The notes below the pieces were generated by a model that did no database searches, was not told the DNA's origin, and saw nothing but the letters and a program-made list of their open reading frames with translations. A DNA stretch of 64,000 bases from Acidobacteriota bacterium (GTDB lineage: Bacteria > Acidobacteriota > UBA6911), in NCBI GenBank assembly GCA_963664705.1, contig OY761556.1, positions 4,416,001-4,480,000 on the forward strand, written 5' to 3'. Numbering within the stretch: the stretch's first letter is position 1; every line of letters starts with the position of its first letter. Of this stretch, positions 18,416 through 29,386 are shown piece by piece. The position numbers and the translations under genes were made by a program.

Positions 18416-18514
18416 CAGTTCGCTTAATCTTAAACGCATCCGATACAACGGAATCGAACGAAGCGGATTTTGACGGGGTTATCACTAAAAAATATTTTTC
18501 GAAAATCCGTGGTT

Positions 18515-18530
18515 TGTGTGTCCCGTCACA
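18515..18530. promoter_or_regulatory. CRP/FNR-family-like palindrome
   Basis: TGTGT-N6-TCACA in T/A-rich flanks, in the divergent DUF488 / chemotaxis intergenic region. Confidence 0.25.
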
Positions 18531-18649
18531 AAAAAAGCGTGGCTGCAAATAGGCGCTCTCTTTCGATTTACAATTTTGTCACTCAAATGTCTCAGACCTT
18601 CCCCATATCCATGGACATAAGTCACCCCTAATCCACTCGTAAAATACTC

Positions 18650-18677
18650 TAACACTTGGACCTTGGCTACCCGATGA
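18650..18677 (+). promoter_or_regulatory. weak sigma28-like promoter upstream of the chemotaxis operon
   Basis: TAAC-N16-CCCGATGA. Confidence 0.3.
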
Positions 18678-18897
18678 GAAGAATTGCGCAGGATTGCAGG
18701 CATTCCGGTGGCTTGTCTCCCTCCGGACACAGGATGTCTCGCGTGCGGTTGTATTTTCGGTCTTAAAGCAACCGTTGATCTAGTACTTTGTTTGTTCCAT
18801 GCCTATTCCTCCCGCCTGCAAGTAATAAGTCAGCGTTCGTTCAGGCTACGCAATTGATTGTCGCGTAGCGGAGAAAAGAAAAGGAGCAAAACTGACT

Positions 18898-19209
18898 ATG
18901 TCGGGTTACACCCTTGAACAAAATGGAACTCAGTGCCTGGTGAAACTGGACGGGGATCTTACGGCACCGATTGTCCCTGATCTGCAGACGGATCTAAAAA
19001 AGCAGCTGGATCAAGGCGCTTCCGAATTTGCTTTCGATCTGGAAAAAGCCGTCATGCTTGATTCCACTGGAATCGGTCTTCTCATTGCTGCACGCAACAG
19101 CATTTCATCCAAGGGCGGAACGCTGCGCGTGCTTTCAGTTTCCCAGGATATTTTCAGATTGCTCCAGAACATGCGTCTGGTTTCGCGGCTCAATGTGAGC
19201 GGGCGCTAG
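18898..19209 (+). CDS. STAS-domain protein (anti-sigma factor antagonist type)
   Basis: FDLEKAVMLDSTGIGLL with conserved Ser; 103 aa; AGGAG RBS. Confidence 0.88.
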   Translation: MSGYTLEQNGTQCLVKLDGDLTAPIVPDLQTDLKKQLDQGASEFAFDLEKAVMLDSTGIGLLIAARNSISSKGGTLRVLSVSQDIFRLLQNMRLVSRLNVSGR

Positions 19210-19225
19210 CCAGGGGGAGGAACAC

Positions 19226-22200
19226 ATGGACGAACTCGTAAATGAGTTCATAAACGAGGCACGAGAGCATCTCGCCACTGTCGAGCAGGATCTCCTGACA
19301 ATCGAAGAGAGCGGAGCCGATATTGACGAAGAGCTGGTCAACAAGGTCTTCCGCGCAGCGCATTCCATCAAAGGGGGCGCGGGCTTTTTCGGTTTCGAGA
19401 AGGTCAAAGAACTCGCACACAAAGCGGAAACGGTTTTGGATATGCTGCGTTCGAAAAAAATCGTGCCGAACGCGGAGGTCACCAATATCCTGCTGGCCGC
19501 TTTTGACAGACTTCGGGATATGATCAACAATCCCGGGGATCAGGAAAACACCGACATCGGCGATCTGGTGCTGAGTTTGACGGGCCTGGTTTCTTCCTAC
19601 CTTCCTCCACAGGAAAAGGGAAAACTGAGTCAGACGGTCACGCTGCAATCAGAATCCAACACCGTGACGGCGGATGTGCCGCAGGTTGATTTCGAGAGAG
19701 TGCAGCGGGCGGGCCAATACGTCTACGCCGTTCCCTTTGATCTGATTCATGATGTTGAGCGGAAGGGCCGCAACATTCTTCAAGTCTTCCAGGATCTGGA
19801 GGAATTCGGTGAAGTGCTGGATTGCAGTTTTGAACTAACGGGCTCGCTGGATGAACCCATCGGGAACCAGCTTCCGCTAAGGCTTCTATTCGCCACGGGA
19901 GTGGACCCGGTCAACATACACAATATCTTCGAACTCCCGGCGAACCAGATCCAGGTGCTTTCCAGTCCGACAAAATCAAAGCCGCCCGTCCAGGAAGCAG
20001 AACCCGTTGCGGTAGAAGCTCCGGTCGAAGTGCAAACAGCCGCCCCGACTCCGGTTCAGGAAGTACATGAAGCGACGCACCCCGCCGCGCCCACACCGTC
20101 ACCGGCAAGATCTTCCCGACAGGACAGCTCGGCAGCCTCTCATGCGGACGAAACTCTCAGGGTTAATGTAGGAGTGCTTGATACTCTCATGAACCTGGCG
20201 GGCGAACTCGTCCTCAGCAGAAACCAGTTGCGCGCAGCCATTTCCCAGAACAACGTTCAGGCCCTGACCATGGCGGATCAGCGGCTTAACCTGGTTACGT
20301 CCGAATTGCAGGACGCGATCATGCGCACGCGGCTCCAGCCCATCGGAAATGTGTTCGGCAAGTTCCCCCGTGTTGTCCGTGATATGGCCGCTTCGCTGGG
20401 AAAGGAAATCGAGGTCGACATTCTCGGGAAAGATGTTGCACTCGACCGCAGCCTGATCGAAGGCCTTTCAGATCCGTTGACCCACATGGTCCGCAATTCT
20501 GTGGACCACGGAGTGGAATCGCCGGATGACCGCGCTCACGCAGGCAAAAGCCGCGTAGGTAAAATCCGAATTGAGGCACGGCATGAGGCCGGCCAGGTGG
20601 TAGTGGAAATCGCCGATGACGGCAAAGGCATTGATGCCCGCAAGATTGCGGAAGCCGCTCTTGCCAAGGGTTTGGTCACACAGGAACGACTGCGCGGGAT
20701 GTCCGACCAGGACAAGATTGCCCTGATCTTCCTTCCCGGGCTATCGACTGCAACCAAGGTCTCCGACATTTCGGGCCGCGGCGTAGGCATGGATGTCGTC
20801 AAGACAAACCTGGACCGCCTCAGCGGGCAAGTGGAAATCAAGTCCGAGGTCGGAAAGGGCACCCTCTTCCGCATCAAGCTGCCGCTTACTCTTGCCATCA
20901 TTCCATCGCTGATCGTTGCAGTGGGCCGGGAACGTTTTGCCATTCCGCAGATCAACGTGGAAGAACTCCTGCGCATTCGTCCGGAAGAAATCAAACGGCG
21001 AATTGAAGTGGTCGGAGGAGCGGAAGTGCTCCTTCTCCGAGATGAGATCATTCCGCTAGTTCGTTTTGACCGCATGCTGGGAATAACCCTGGGATATGTG
21101 GATCCCAAGACAAAGCAAACAGAGATCGACCGTCGGCTCAGACTGGCGGATCGCCGATCGGCACACCATCCCAACCCGCAAGTTGAGGAGGAAACCCCCT
21201 TCGGCGATGCGTCGGTCATCAAGAACTTTGAGGAAGAGCGCATGGCAGAACGGAGAGAAAGCTCTCAGAGTGCGCTCGAGATCGTGGTCGTTCATTCCGG
21301 ACAGCTGCGTTACGGATTGGTCGTCAATTCATTCCATAACACCGAAGAAATTGTCGTCAAACCTCTGGGGCGCGATTTGAAAGCGCTCCGCGAATATGCG
21401 GGTGCGACGATCCTGGGAGATGGAACCGTCGCCCTCATTCTGGATCTCGCCGGTCTTGCGGAAAAGGCCGAATTGGCCAGTGTTTCCACATCCGCGCGCG
21501 CGCTTGAAAAGGCAAAAGAAGTGGAAAGAAGCAAAACAGGGGAGAGCCTGCAGCAATTGTTTATATTCCACAATGCTCCGGACGAAGTATGCGCCGTGCC
21601 GCTCGATTCGGTTCTGCGGCTGGAACGTATTACTCCGGAACAGGTGGAGAATCAAGGAAACCGCCGATCCATGCGGTATCGGGGAACCTCCCTGCCTCTG
21701 GTCACGCTTTCGGACACCGCCCAGGTCAAACAGCTTGGAGATAGAAGAGACCTGGCCGTTATTGTCTCCCGTGTATTCGGGCGCGAAGTCGGCCTTCTCG
21801 GCGCGATGCCTCTCGATGTAATTGAGACCAAGTCCGTGGTCGATACCGTGACGCACCGTCAGGCAGGCATCTGCGGCTCCCTGATCATTCGTGACAATAC
21901 AACCCTCATCGCCGATATCACGGAACTGGTCGAGTCTGTCTACCCTGAATGGCGAACCCTGGTGGAACAGGAACCCAAACAGGTTGCCTCCCAGATGGGC
22001 AAGGATTGCATTCTCCTGGCAGAGGACTCCGACTTTTTCAGGGCACAGGTCAAAAAATATCTCGAGGACGATGGCTTCATTGTATTGGACGCGCCGGACG
22101 GGGAAGCCGCGTGGGAACTCCTAAACCAAAACCTCGAAATTGTGCAGGCCGTAGTTACGGATATAGAGATGCCGCGTCTGACAGGCATCGGTCTCGCCAA

Positions 22201-22393
22201 GAGAATCCGGGCAGATGCACGCACCGCTCACTTACCCATTATTGCGTTGTCTTCCCTGGCCGCCGAAGAGGACATGGCAAAGGGACGAGAAGCCGGTGTC
22301 AATGAATACCAGGTAAAACTCGATCGGGACAGGCTGCTGGTGGGTGTCAATACGCTGCTATCGCGGCAGAAGGAAACAGCTGCCGGGTTTTAA
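19226..22393 (+). CDS. cheA: hybrid CheA (Hpt, dimerisation, HATPase, two CheW domains, C-terminal receiver)
   Basis: FRAAHSIKGGAG, LTHMVRNSVDHG, DDGKGID, SGRGVGMDVV, LPLTLAI, C-terminal AEDS...VTDIEMP. Confidence 0.95.
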   Translation: MDELVNEFINEAREHLATVEQDLLTIEESGADIDEELVNKVFRAAHSIKGGAGFFGFEKVKELAHKAETVLDMLRSKKIVPNAEVTNILLAAFDRLRDMINNPGDQENTDIGDLVLSLTGLVSSYLPPQEKGKLSQTVTLQSESNTVTADVPQVDFERVQRAGQYVYAVPFDLIHDVERKGRNILQVFQDLEEFGEVLDCSFELTGSLDEPIGNQLPLRLLFATGVDPVNIHNIFELPANQIQVLSSPTKSKPPVQEAEPVAVEAPVEVQTAAPTPVQEVHEATHPAAPTPSPARSSRQDSSAASHADETLRVNVGVLDTLMNLAGELVLSRNQLRAAISQNNVQALTMADQRLNLVTSELQDAIMRTRLQPIGNVFGKFPRVVRDMAASLGKEIEVDILGKDVALDRSLIEGLSDPLTHMVRNSVDHGVESPDDRAHAGKSRVGKIRIEARHEAGQVVVEIADDGKGIDARKIAEAALAKGLVTQERLRGMSDQDKIALIFLPGLSTATKVSDISGRGVGMDVVKTNLDRLSGQVEIKSEVGKGTLFRIKLPLTLAIIPSLIVAVGRERFAIPQINVEELLRIRPEEIKRRIEVVGGAEVLLLRDEIIPLVRFDRMLGITLGYVDPKTKQTEIDRRLRLADRRSAHHPNPQVEEETPFGDASVIKNFEEERMAERRESSQSALEIVVVHSGQLRYGLVVNSFHNTEEIVVKPLGRDLKALREYAGATILGDGTVALILDLAGLAEKAELASVSTSARALEKAKEVERSKTGESLQQLFIFHNAPDEVCAVPLDSVLRLERITPEQVENQGNRRSMRYRGTSLPLVTLSDTAQVKQLGDRRDLAVIVSRVFGREVGLLGAMPLDVIETKSVVDTVTHRQAGICGSLIIRDNTTLIADITELVESVYPEWRTLVEQEPKQVASQMGKDCILLAEDSDFFRAQVKKYLEDDGFIVLDAPDGEAAWELLNQNLEIVQAVVTDIEMPRLTGIGLAKRIRADARTAHLPIIALSSLAAEEDMAKGREAGVNEYQVKLDRDRLLVGVNTLLSRQKETAAGF

Positions 22394-22472
22394 AACAGAC
22401 ACGGCAGAACTTTGAATGGCTAGAGAATTGCAATCAACAAATTCGGAAAGCAAGTAAGAAAGAAGAAAGACC

Positions 22473-24149
22473 ATGATCAATATTTCAAATATGAGGCTGT
22501 CCAGACGTCTCACCGTTGCATTCGGTTCTGTTTCGCTCCTTTGCCTGGTAGTAGCCGCCGCGGGATGGTGGGGCCTGTCGCAGGCTAATGATGGAATGAG
22601 TACTCTCGATGCCGAGGTCAAGAAACAAACTCTGGCCAGGGATGTCGATGCCAGCCTGGACATGCTGTTCCTTAGCGTCTATGACGTGGCCACGACCAAG
22701 GATAAGGTTCAGAAGGAAAAGGATAAAGCCGTTGTTGAGGAATTTCGCGCCAAATATCGCAAAGATATGGGGGACCTGAAAGCCCTGGCCACCACTGAAG
22801 AAGGAAAACGCATGCTGGCGGCCATTGAAGATGCGATCGCGGCTTCGAAAGAGACAAACAACCGAGTCATGGATCTCTCTATGAAGGGCAAGGAAACTGA
22901 GGCCGTCGCCATATTTTCCTCAGAAGGTCGGAAACACCGGGAGAACAAGGAAACAGCCATAAATGCCTTTTTGGACTGGCGAACGAAACGCATGAAGGAA
23001 GCATCCGAAAATATGGATGCCAGCATCGTCAAGGCTCAGGGAGCACTTATCTTTGTATCTCTCGCAGCATTGGCATTATCCGTTTTGTTCGGAGTGATCA
23101 TTACGCGCAGTATCAGTCACCCGATTGCTGCGGGCGTTGGAGTCCTGGATAAAGTATCCCAGGGCGATCTGACCCAGGAGATTGCGCAGGATTTGTGTTC
23201 GCGCAAGGACGAAGCCGGAGATCTCGCCAGAGCGCTCCAGAAAATGCTGGAAAGCGTGCGGCGCCTCGTAAAGGACATAGGGTCAGGCGTGCAGACTCTG
23301 GCATCATCCGCCACTGAGCTGTCGGCTATCTCCTCCGAGACCGCCACGAACGTCAAATCCATGTCCGAGCGGGCAGCCGCGGTTGCGGCCGCTGCTGAGG
23401 AATCCAGCTCTAACACGACATCGGTAGCGGCGGGGATGGAAGAAGCTTCCACGAATCTGGCGTCCGTTGCCACTGCCACGGAACAGATGAGCGCCACGGT
23501 TGCCGAAATCTCCGCGAATGCGGAAAAGGCGAGAGGCATCAGTGCCCAGGCAACGGAGCAGGCGCAGATGATTTCCTCGATGATGCAGCAGCTTGGCCAG
23601 GCCGCGCACGAAATCGGCAAGGTGACCGAGACCATCAACGACATTTCCTCGCAGACCAATCTGCTTGCTCTCAACGCCACCATCGAGGCGGCCAGGGCTG
23701 GCGCGGCCGGCAAGGGGTTTGCGGTGGTCGCCAATGAAATCAAGGAACTGGCACGTCAGACCGCGGCAGCCACGGAAGATATCAAAACGAAGATCAGCGG
23801 AGTGCAGTCCTCCACCGGAAGCGCCATTTCCGATATTGAAAAAATCACGAGTGTCACGAACGAAATGGGCAGTCTTGTCGCCGGCATCGCCGCAGCCATC
23901 GAGGAACAAGCCACGGTGACCAAAGACGTAGCGCAGAATATCGCGCAGGCTTCCAGCGGCGTACGGGACGCGAATGAGAACGTCTCACAGACGGCCTCCG
24001 TATCGAAAAGCATTGCCCAGGATGTGGCAACTGTTAATGCCTCTGTCGTGGAAGTCCGAAATGGTGGGGAGCAGGTGCAGGCAAGTGCCATGGACCTCTC
24101 CGTTCTTGCAGAGAGGCTCAAACAACAGGTGGAGTATTTTAGAATTTAA
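22473..24149 (+). CDS. methyl-accepting chemotaxis protein (four-helix-bundle-type sensor, HAMP)
   Basis: Two TM segments, HAMP ([11 protein letters not shown]), [17 protein letters not shown]...[13 protein letters not shown]. Confidence 0.95.
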   Translation: MINISNMRLSRRLTVAFGSVSLLCLVVAAAGWWGLSQANDGMSTLDAEVKKQTLARDVDASLDMLFLSVYDVATTKDKVQKEKDKAVVEEFRAKYRKDMGDLKALATTEEGKRMLAAIEDAIAASKETNNRVMDLSMKGKETEAVAIFSSEGRKHRENKETAINAFLDWRTKRMKEASENMDASIVKAQGALIFVSLAALALSVLFGVIITRSISHPIAAGVGVLDKVSQGDLTQEIAQDLCSRKDEAGDLARALQKMLESVRRLVKDIGSGVQTLASSATELSAISSETATNVKSMSERAAAVAAAAEESSSNTTSVAAGMEEASTNLASVATATEQMSATVAEISANAEKARGISAQATEQAQMISSMMQQLGQAAHEIGKVTETINDISSQTNLLALNATIEAARAGAAGKGFAVVANEIKELARQTAAATEDIKTKISGVQSSTGSAISDIEKITSVTNEMGSLVAGIAAAIEEQATVTKDVAQNIAQASSGVRDANENVSQTASVSKSIAQDVATVNASVVEVRNGGEQVQASAMDLSVLAERLKQQVEYFRI

Positions 24150-24220
24150 CCCGGTCAACGACATTGTAGGCATGCTCGCTTCAGCGGTGTCTTTGCACTA
24201 AACATGCTTTTGGAGAGCCC

Positions 24221-26278
24221 ATGAGTCTTCGGCTGAAACTGCTGCTTCCAATCGGAGTGGCACTGTTTTGTGTATTGATCATAGCAGGCTGGCTGGTTAT
24301 CAAAGATGAGACCTCCCAAATTGAGCAGAGTCACCGCGAACATTTGGCAACGCTGGCATTAACATCACGCTCCATGCTTCACAGCAAAGCAGAGAGCTTT
24401 ATGGCCTCCAGGGGCTATAAGTTCTATCGGTTTACGCCGGGACAATACGATAAATCGACAACCGCAGGAAAATTCGCGGAATCAGCATTCGATGCCTTCA
24501 AGGCAGACTCCAAGCAGGAGACTCTGGAGCAGATCGTCAAAGAGGGCGGGACGCGAACCATGTACATCTTTGTGCCTGCTACCATAGAAGACGAATGCTC
24601 CGTCTGCCATTCCGACAAGGGACTGAACTTCTTTGCGGACAAGAAAAAAGGAGACATGGTTGCGGTATTTGGAGTGTCGGCGCCGCTGACGAAAGTGGAA
24701 GAGACTCAATCCTCAATTACGTTGGCTACAGCCGGCGGTGGAATTGTCTTCCTGGTTGGCCTGAGCCTGCTCATGGGCTTCATCGTTACCAGGAATGTCA
24801 GTCGACCGCTGAACCATGTCACAGATCGGTTGAAGGACATTTCGGAAGGGGATGGAGATCTGACGAAGAACCTTCAGGTTCATTCGGAAGATGAAATCGG
24901 GCAGCTGGCAAGACACTTCAACAGCTTTGTGGAAAAACAGCGGACGCTGATCAAGCAGATTCACGATGATACCTCCGTTGTGGCATCTGCCTCCGTCGGA
25001 CTCTCCGGCATTGCTCACGATATGATGACCGCAGCCAAGGAAATGTCAAAACTGGCCGAAACCGCGTCCCTGGGCGCAAATCAATCCAGCGAGAATACCG
25101 TTTCGGTCGCCGCCAGCATGGAGCAAGCCTCAACCAATCTTGCATCGGTGGCAACCGCAACCGAGCAAATGAGCGCTACGGTCGCGGACATTGCGGCGCA
25201 TTCGGATAAAGCCCGCAACATCAGCGGTCAGGCAACCGAACAAGCCCAAACCGTTGCATCCATGATGCAGCAACTGGGTCAGGCAGCCCGCGAAATCGGC
25301 AAGGTGACCGAGACGATCACCAACATTTCTTCGCAAACCAATCTGCTCGCACTGAATGCAACCATTGAAGCGGCGAGAGCAGGAGAAGCGGGAAAAGGCT
25401 TTGCGGTGGTCGCCAATGAGATCAAAGAACTGGCCCGCCAAACGGCGTCCGCAACCGATGACATCAAGGCGCGGATTTCCGGCGTGCAGGTTTCTACAGA
25501 CAATGCGATGGCGGACATTGAAAAAATTGGCGGAGTCGTTCAGGAAATGGGCGACATCGTCTCCAATATAGCCGCGGCCATTGAGGAGCAGGCAACCGTT
25601 ACACGCGATGTGGCTGGAAATATTGCGCAGGCATCCACCGGGGTAAGAGATGCCAACGAACGTGTTTCGGAAACAGCCGTGGCTTCCAAAGCCGTTGCCA
25701 ACGACGTTGCCGGAATCGGGCAATCGGCCAGGGAAACGCAGCAGGCAAGTGAGCGAATTCAGGCCAGGGCAATGGAGCTTCAACAACTGTCGGAAAAACT
25801 CAACAACGGAGTCATGAAATTCAAGGTAGAGGACGGAACGCGGCCATCGCAATCCAGATCTGCCTCGGAGCCCGTCGCAGCAGATGTGCTGATTCCCTGG
25901 CGCAACGAACTGTCGGTCGGCGTTTTGAACATGGATTCCCAGCACAAACAACTCATCGGGCTCATCAATAGTCTGTACGCGGCGCTGAAGCGCGGTGAAG
26001 GATCCGCTGCAACGGGAAACATCCTCAGGGAACTTGTGCAATATACGAAGTACCACTTCACGGCTGAAGAGAAGCTGATGGAACAAGCCCATTATGCAGG
26101 CCTGGCATCCCAGCAGGAAGCTCACAAGAAATTTGTTTCCAAAACCATGGAAGCACAGCAGCGCTGGGCTTCCGGTGACTCCACGGTAACGAAAGAAGTG
26201 ATGGACCTGCTTATGAACTGGCTGCCTCAGCACATAATGAAGATGGACAAGCAATATACGTCAGTCCTCAAAAACTGA
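24221..26278 (+). CDS. MCP with periplasmic heme-c (CxxCH) domain and C-terminal hemerythrin domain
   Basis: TM1, CSVCH (24596-24610), TM2, HAMP, MCP signalling domain, then WRNELSVG...DSQH...HFTAEE...H...HIMKMD. Confidence 0.92.
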   Translation: MSLRLKLLLPIGVALFCVLIIAGWLVIKDETSQIEQSHREHLATLALTSRSMLHSKAESFMASRGYKFYRFTPGQYDKSTTAGKFAESAFDAFKADSKQETLEQIVKEGGTRTMYIFVPATIEDECSVCHSDKGLNFFADKKKGDMVAVFGVSAPLTKVEETQSSITLATAGGGIVFLVGLSLLMGFIVTRNVSRPLNHVTDRLKDISEGDGDLTKNLQVHSEDEIGQLARHFNSFVEKQRTLIKQIHDDTSVVASASVGLSGIAHDMMTAAKEMSKLAETASLGANQSSENTVSVAASMEQASTNLASVATATEQMSATVADIAAHSDKARNISGQATEQAQTVASMMQQLGQAAREIGKVTETITNISSQTNLLALNATIEAARAGEAGKGFAVVANEIKELARQTASATDDIKARISGVQVSTDNAMADIEKIGGVVQEMGDIVSNIAAAIEEQATVTRDVAGNIAQASTGVRDANERVSETAVASKAVANDVAGIGQSARETQQASERIQARAMELQQLSEKLNNGVMKFKVEDGTRPSQSRSASEPVAADVLIPWRNELSVGVLNMDSQHKQLIGLINSLYAALKRGEGSAATGNILRELVQYTKYHFTAEEKLMEQAHYAGLASQQEAHKKFVSKTMEAQQRWASGDSTVTKEVMDLLMNWLPQHIMKMDKQYTSVLKN

Positions 26279-26296
26279 CGCAGCTGGCCCGGGAGA

Positions 26297-26797
26297 ATGC
26301 TCATGGAAAAAGATGTAAACGGACACATTGACGACGCTCTGCTTGTGATTACTTTCCTGTTGGGGGATGCCGCGTTCGGCATCAGTGCCTCCCACGTTCA
26401 GGAAGTGGCACGAATAGGAGACATTACTCCGGTGCATCATGCATCGGCCGAGGTGGTTGGAATTCGCAATCTCCGCGGGCGTATCGTAACAGTAATAGAC
26501 CTGCGCACGCGTCTGAGTTTGGGCAGCGTTGATTCCGGCCCCGACAATCGAATTCTGATTGTCGAATCAATGGGGGAACCGGTTGGGTTGCTGGTGGATT
26601 GCATTACCGATACCATTTCCATTCAACCGGGACAATTGCAGGCACCGCCCTCCAATGTGCCGGGATATCAGGGAAGGAATCTGCTTGGCGTCTGCTATAG
26701 CGGCGAACGTTTGATCGCTCTACTGGACCCGGCTACAGTCCTGTTGCCGGAAAGCACAGCTCTTAGGACAATGGCCGGCAGTGAGGCGAGACAGTGA
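26297..26797 (+). CDS. cheW: chemotaxis protein CheW
   Basis: VVGIRNLRGRIVTVIDLR, VGLLVD. Confidence 0.93.
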   Translation: MLMEKDVNGHIDDALLVITFLLGDAAFGISASHVQEVARIGDITPVHHASAEVVGIRNLRGRIVTVIDLRTRLSLGSVDSGPDNRILIVESMGEPVGLLVDCITDTISIQPGQLQAPPSNVPGYQGRNLLGVCYSGERLIALLDPATVLLPESTALRTMAGSEARQ

Positions 26798-27930
26798 AAT
26801 TGAGAGTTCTTGTTGTTGATGATTCGGTTTTGTTCCGGCGTGCCATTTCCCAGGCTCTAGCATCGATCCCGGATGTGGAAGTTGTCGGTAGTGTTGGTAC
26901 AGGCAAGCTTGCCCTGCAGCGGATTCAGGAACTCCAGCCAGACCTGGTCACTCTTGACTTGGAAATGCCGGAGATGGATGGGTTGGCGGTGCTCGACTCA
27001 CTCCGCCAGATGAAGCATGACACAATCGTGATTGTCGTCAGTGCGATTACCAAGCAGGGTGCGAAGGTAACGATGCGTGCCCTGGAAAAAGGGGCCTTTG
27101 ATTTCATCACCAAGCCGGATGCCGGCAATGCTGAAAAAAGTCAGGCGGCCCTGGTCTCGGAACTGACCCCCAGGATTCGAGCGCTGGCGAGTCGGCTGTC
27201 CGTTCGCAAGATCATTCGTGCGGGCTCAAAAACAGCGGCACCGGCAGCCACACAGGAAGCCAGGCCGGCCGGCGCGGCTGTCTCTTCTCCAACTTCGTCA
27301 CCTGCACTCGACAACATTTCACTGCGAATGAATCGCATTTCAAATGCCGCAAAACCGGAGATGGTGCTTATTGGCGTTTCCACCGGTGGCCCCGCGGCAC
27401 TGGCGCGGCTTCTTCCGGATATCCCCCGGGATATTGGCGTACCCATTTTCCTGGTACAGCACATGCCACCCATATTCACTCAATCGCTGGCCGAAAACCT
27501 GTCGACCAAGTGCAATATCAGCGTGCGCGAAGCATCTCACGGCGAAGTGGCAACCAACAATACTGCCTACATCGCTCCAGGCGGGAAGCAAATGAGGATT
27601 GCTCCGGGACCCGACGGCCGCAAGGTTATACAGATCAGTGACGATCCGCCGGAAAACAACTGTAAACCTTCGGTGGATTATCTGTTCCGATCTGCCTCGC
27701 TCAGTTTCCCGGGACGATCCATGGCTGTAATCCTCACGGGGATGGGCAGTGATGGAACGATCGGTCTGAAATTGCTTAAGAGGCATGGGTGCTTTGTAAT
27801 TGCCCAGAATGAAGCTAGCAGTGTGGTGTATGGCATGCCCAAGGCGGCAGTGGACGCAAAAGTAGTTGACGAAGTCCTGTCGCTGGAAGCGATCGCCCCT
27901 CGTATCACCGCTGTAGTCAGGGGATATTAA
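26794..27930 (+). CDS. cheB: chemotaxis methylesterase CheB
   Basis: N-terminal receiver; GVSTGGP, QHMPP, LTGMGSDG. Confidence 0.95.
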   Translation: MKLRVLVVDDSVLFRRAISQALASIPDVEVVGSVGTGKLALQRIQELQPDLVTLDLEMPEMDGLAVLDSLRQMKHDTIVIVVSAITKQGAKVTMRALEKGAFDFITKPDAGNAEKSQAALVSELTPRIRALASRLSVRKIIRAGSKTAAPAATQEARPAGAAVSSPTSSPALDNISLRMNRISNAAKPEMVLIGVSTGGPAALARLLPDIPRDIGVPIFLVQHMPPIFTQSLAENLSTKCNISVREASHGEVATNNTAYIAPGGKQMRIAPGPDGRKVIQISDDPPENNCKPSVDYLFRSASLSFPGRSMAVILTGMGSDGTIGLKLLKRHGCFVIAQNEASSVVYGMPKAAVDAKVVDEVLSLEAIAPRITAVVRGY

Positions 27931-27931
27931 G

Positions 27932-28777
27932 ATGAGCCCAGTCGCTGTAACTCGAGAAGAATACGGAGTATGGACCAAGTATGTATATGAAATCAGCGGC
28001 ATACATCTGGACCAGACCAAAACCTATCTCCTGGAAACGCGCCTGGGCAGTCTTCTGCAGGAAACCGGCTCAGCCACCTTTACCGAGCTGTTTTACAAGA
28101 TAAAGATAGATGCCACCAACAAGTTGCGTCGTAAGGTCATTGATTCAATCACGACCAATGAAACATCCTTCTTCAGAGATACCGCTCCTTTTGAGCTTTT
28201 GCAGCATAAGATCCTTCCAGAACTGATCGACAAGAGGAACAAAGCGGCGCTCCGCCCCATTCCTATCCGCATCTGGAGTGCAGCCTGTTCCACCGGTCAG
28301 GAAGTCTATAGCACCGCGATTGTGATAAAGGAAACCTTGGGGGATATGCGCAACTATGATGTTCGCATTCTAGGCACGGATATCAGCGACAAGGTTGTTG
28401 CCCAGGCCAGCTACGGACAATTCAGCCGCCTCGAAATGGACCGGGGGATTTCGGCCGACAAAACCGCCCGTCATTTTGTCAAAGCCGGGGATATATGGAA
28501 AATCCGCGATGAGATCCGGGCAATGGCTACATTCAAATCAATAAACCTGCTTTCGCCTTTTGCCTTTCCAACAAAATTCGATATTGTCTTTTGCCGCAAT
28601 GTGGCGATCTATTTCACGGAATCCGACAAGATACGGCTGTTCCGCAACATAGGAAAATGTCTGGCCGATGACGGCTGCCTGATCATCGGGTCCACGGAAT
28701 CGATTTCTGGGCTATGCCCGGAATATGAACCGAAACGACATCTGCGTTCGGTCTACTATCAGCTCAAAAAACCATAA
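27932..28777 (+). CDS. cheR: chemotaxis methyltransferase CheR
   Basis: TTNETSFFRD, IWSAACSTGQEVYS, FCRNVAIYF. Confidence 0.95.
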   Translation: MSPVAVTREEYGVWTKYVYEISGIHLDQTKTYLLETRLGSLLQETGSATFTELFYKIKIDATNKLRRKVIDSITTNETSFFRDTAPFELLQHKILPELIDKRNKAALRPIPIRIWSAACSTGQEVYSTAIVIKETLGDMRNYDVRILGTDISDKVVAQASYGQFSRLEMDRGISADKTARHFVKAGDIWKIRDEIRAMATFKSINLLSPFAFPTKFDIVFCRNVAIYFTESDKIRLFRNIGKCLADDGCLIIGSTESISGLCPEYEPKRHLRSVYYQLKKP

Positions 28778-28830
28778 TCCAACTGAGAGAGCCGGCTCTT
28801 CCGACAAGATGCCGCGATTTCACGGATTGG

Positions 28831-29379
28831 TTACAGACGATAATCCGAGAGTAGCTTTTCCATGCGTGTCAGCCTCTCTATCGCATCTCTATTCGCGGAA
28901 GGTTCGAGGCTTTGACGCAGCTCTTCCGCTCCCTTTCGCACAGCAGCAAGATCAATGCGAAGCGTTTCCAGAGCGCTCCCCATGGATCTTGATATCTCCT
29001 GAAGCTGATCATGCTCGCGCAGTTGAGCGGCCGGTCTCAGGTTGCGCCCGGCAATTTCCTCGAGAATAGCGTTGAAACGGTACAACGGCCCCGCGATCTT
29101 GTGAGAAGAGTAAAGAACAAACAGACTCATGATCAGGGAGGAAGCCAGGATCGTAAAAAGGGTCAGGATCAGGATGATTGGCAGCAGCATCTCCTGAAGC
29201 GTTTTATAGGTAACATGCGCTGAAAGGAAATTGGCATTGATTTCGCTCCCCACCAGCAGATAAAGGCAAAATCCGAAAAAAGTCAGCATTCCTGCGTTGA
29301 CGATGAGGTACATGCCAATGTGGCGAAGCTGAAAATTTCGATTGATCAGTAGAATCTTCCTTCGTTCGCGCTCGCTCAT
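28831..29379 (-). CDS. two-TM HAMP-domain protein without an output domain
   Basis: RRKILLINRNFQ, two TM segments, SHKIAGPLYRF...LREHDQLQEI, short coiled coil. Confidence 0.75.
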   Translation of the reverse strand: MSERERRKILLINRNFQLRHIGMYLIVNAGMLTFFGFCLYLLVGSEINANFLSAHVTYKTLQEMLLPIILILTLFTILASSLIMSLFVLYSSHKIAGPLYRFNAILEEIAGRNLRPAAQLREHDQLQEISRSMGSALETLRIDLAAVRKGAEELRQSLEPSANRDAIERLTRMEKLLSDYRL

Positions 29380-29386
29380 TTTGACC

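Noticed and set aside
18447-18459. AACGGAATCGAAC resembling the tRNA-Cys T-arm as a possible distal att site
   Set aside because: Only 12 of 13 nt match and the acceptor-end sequence is absent, which is compatible with chance.
23400-25700. Sequence similarity between the two MCP genes
   Set aside because: Expected conservation of the MCP signalling hairpin between paralogs.
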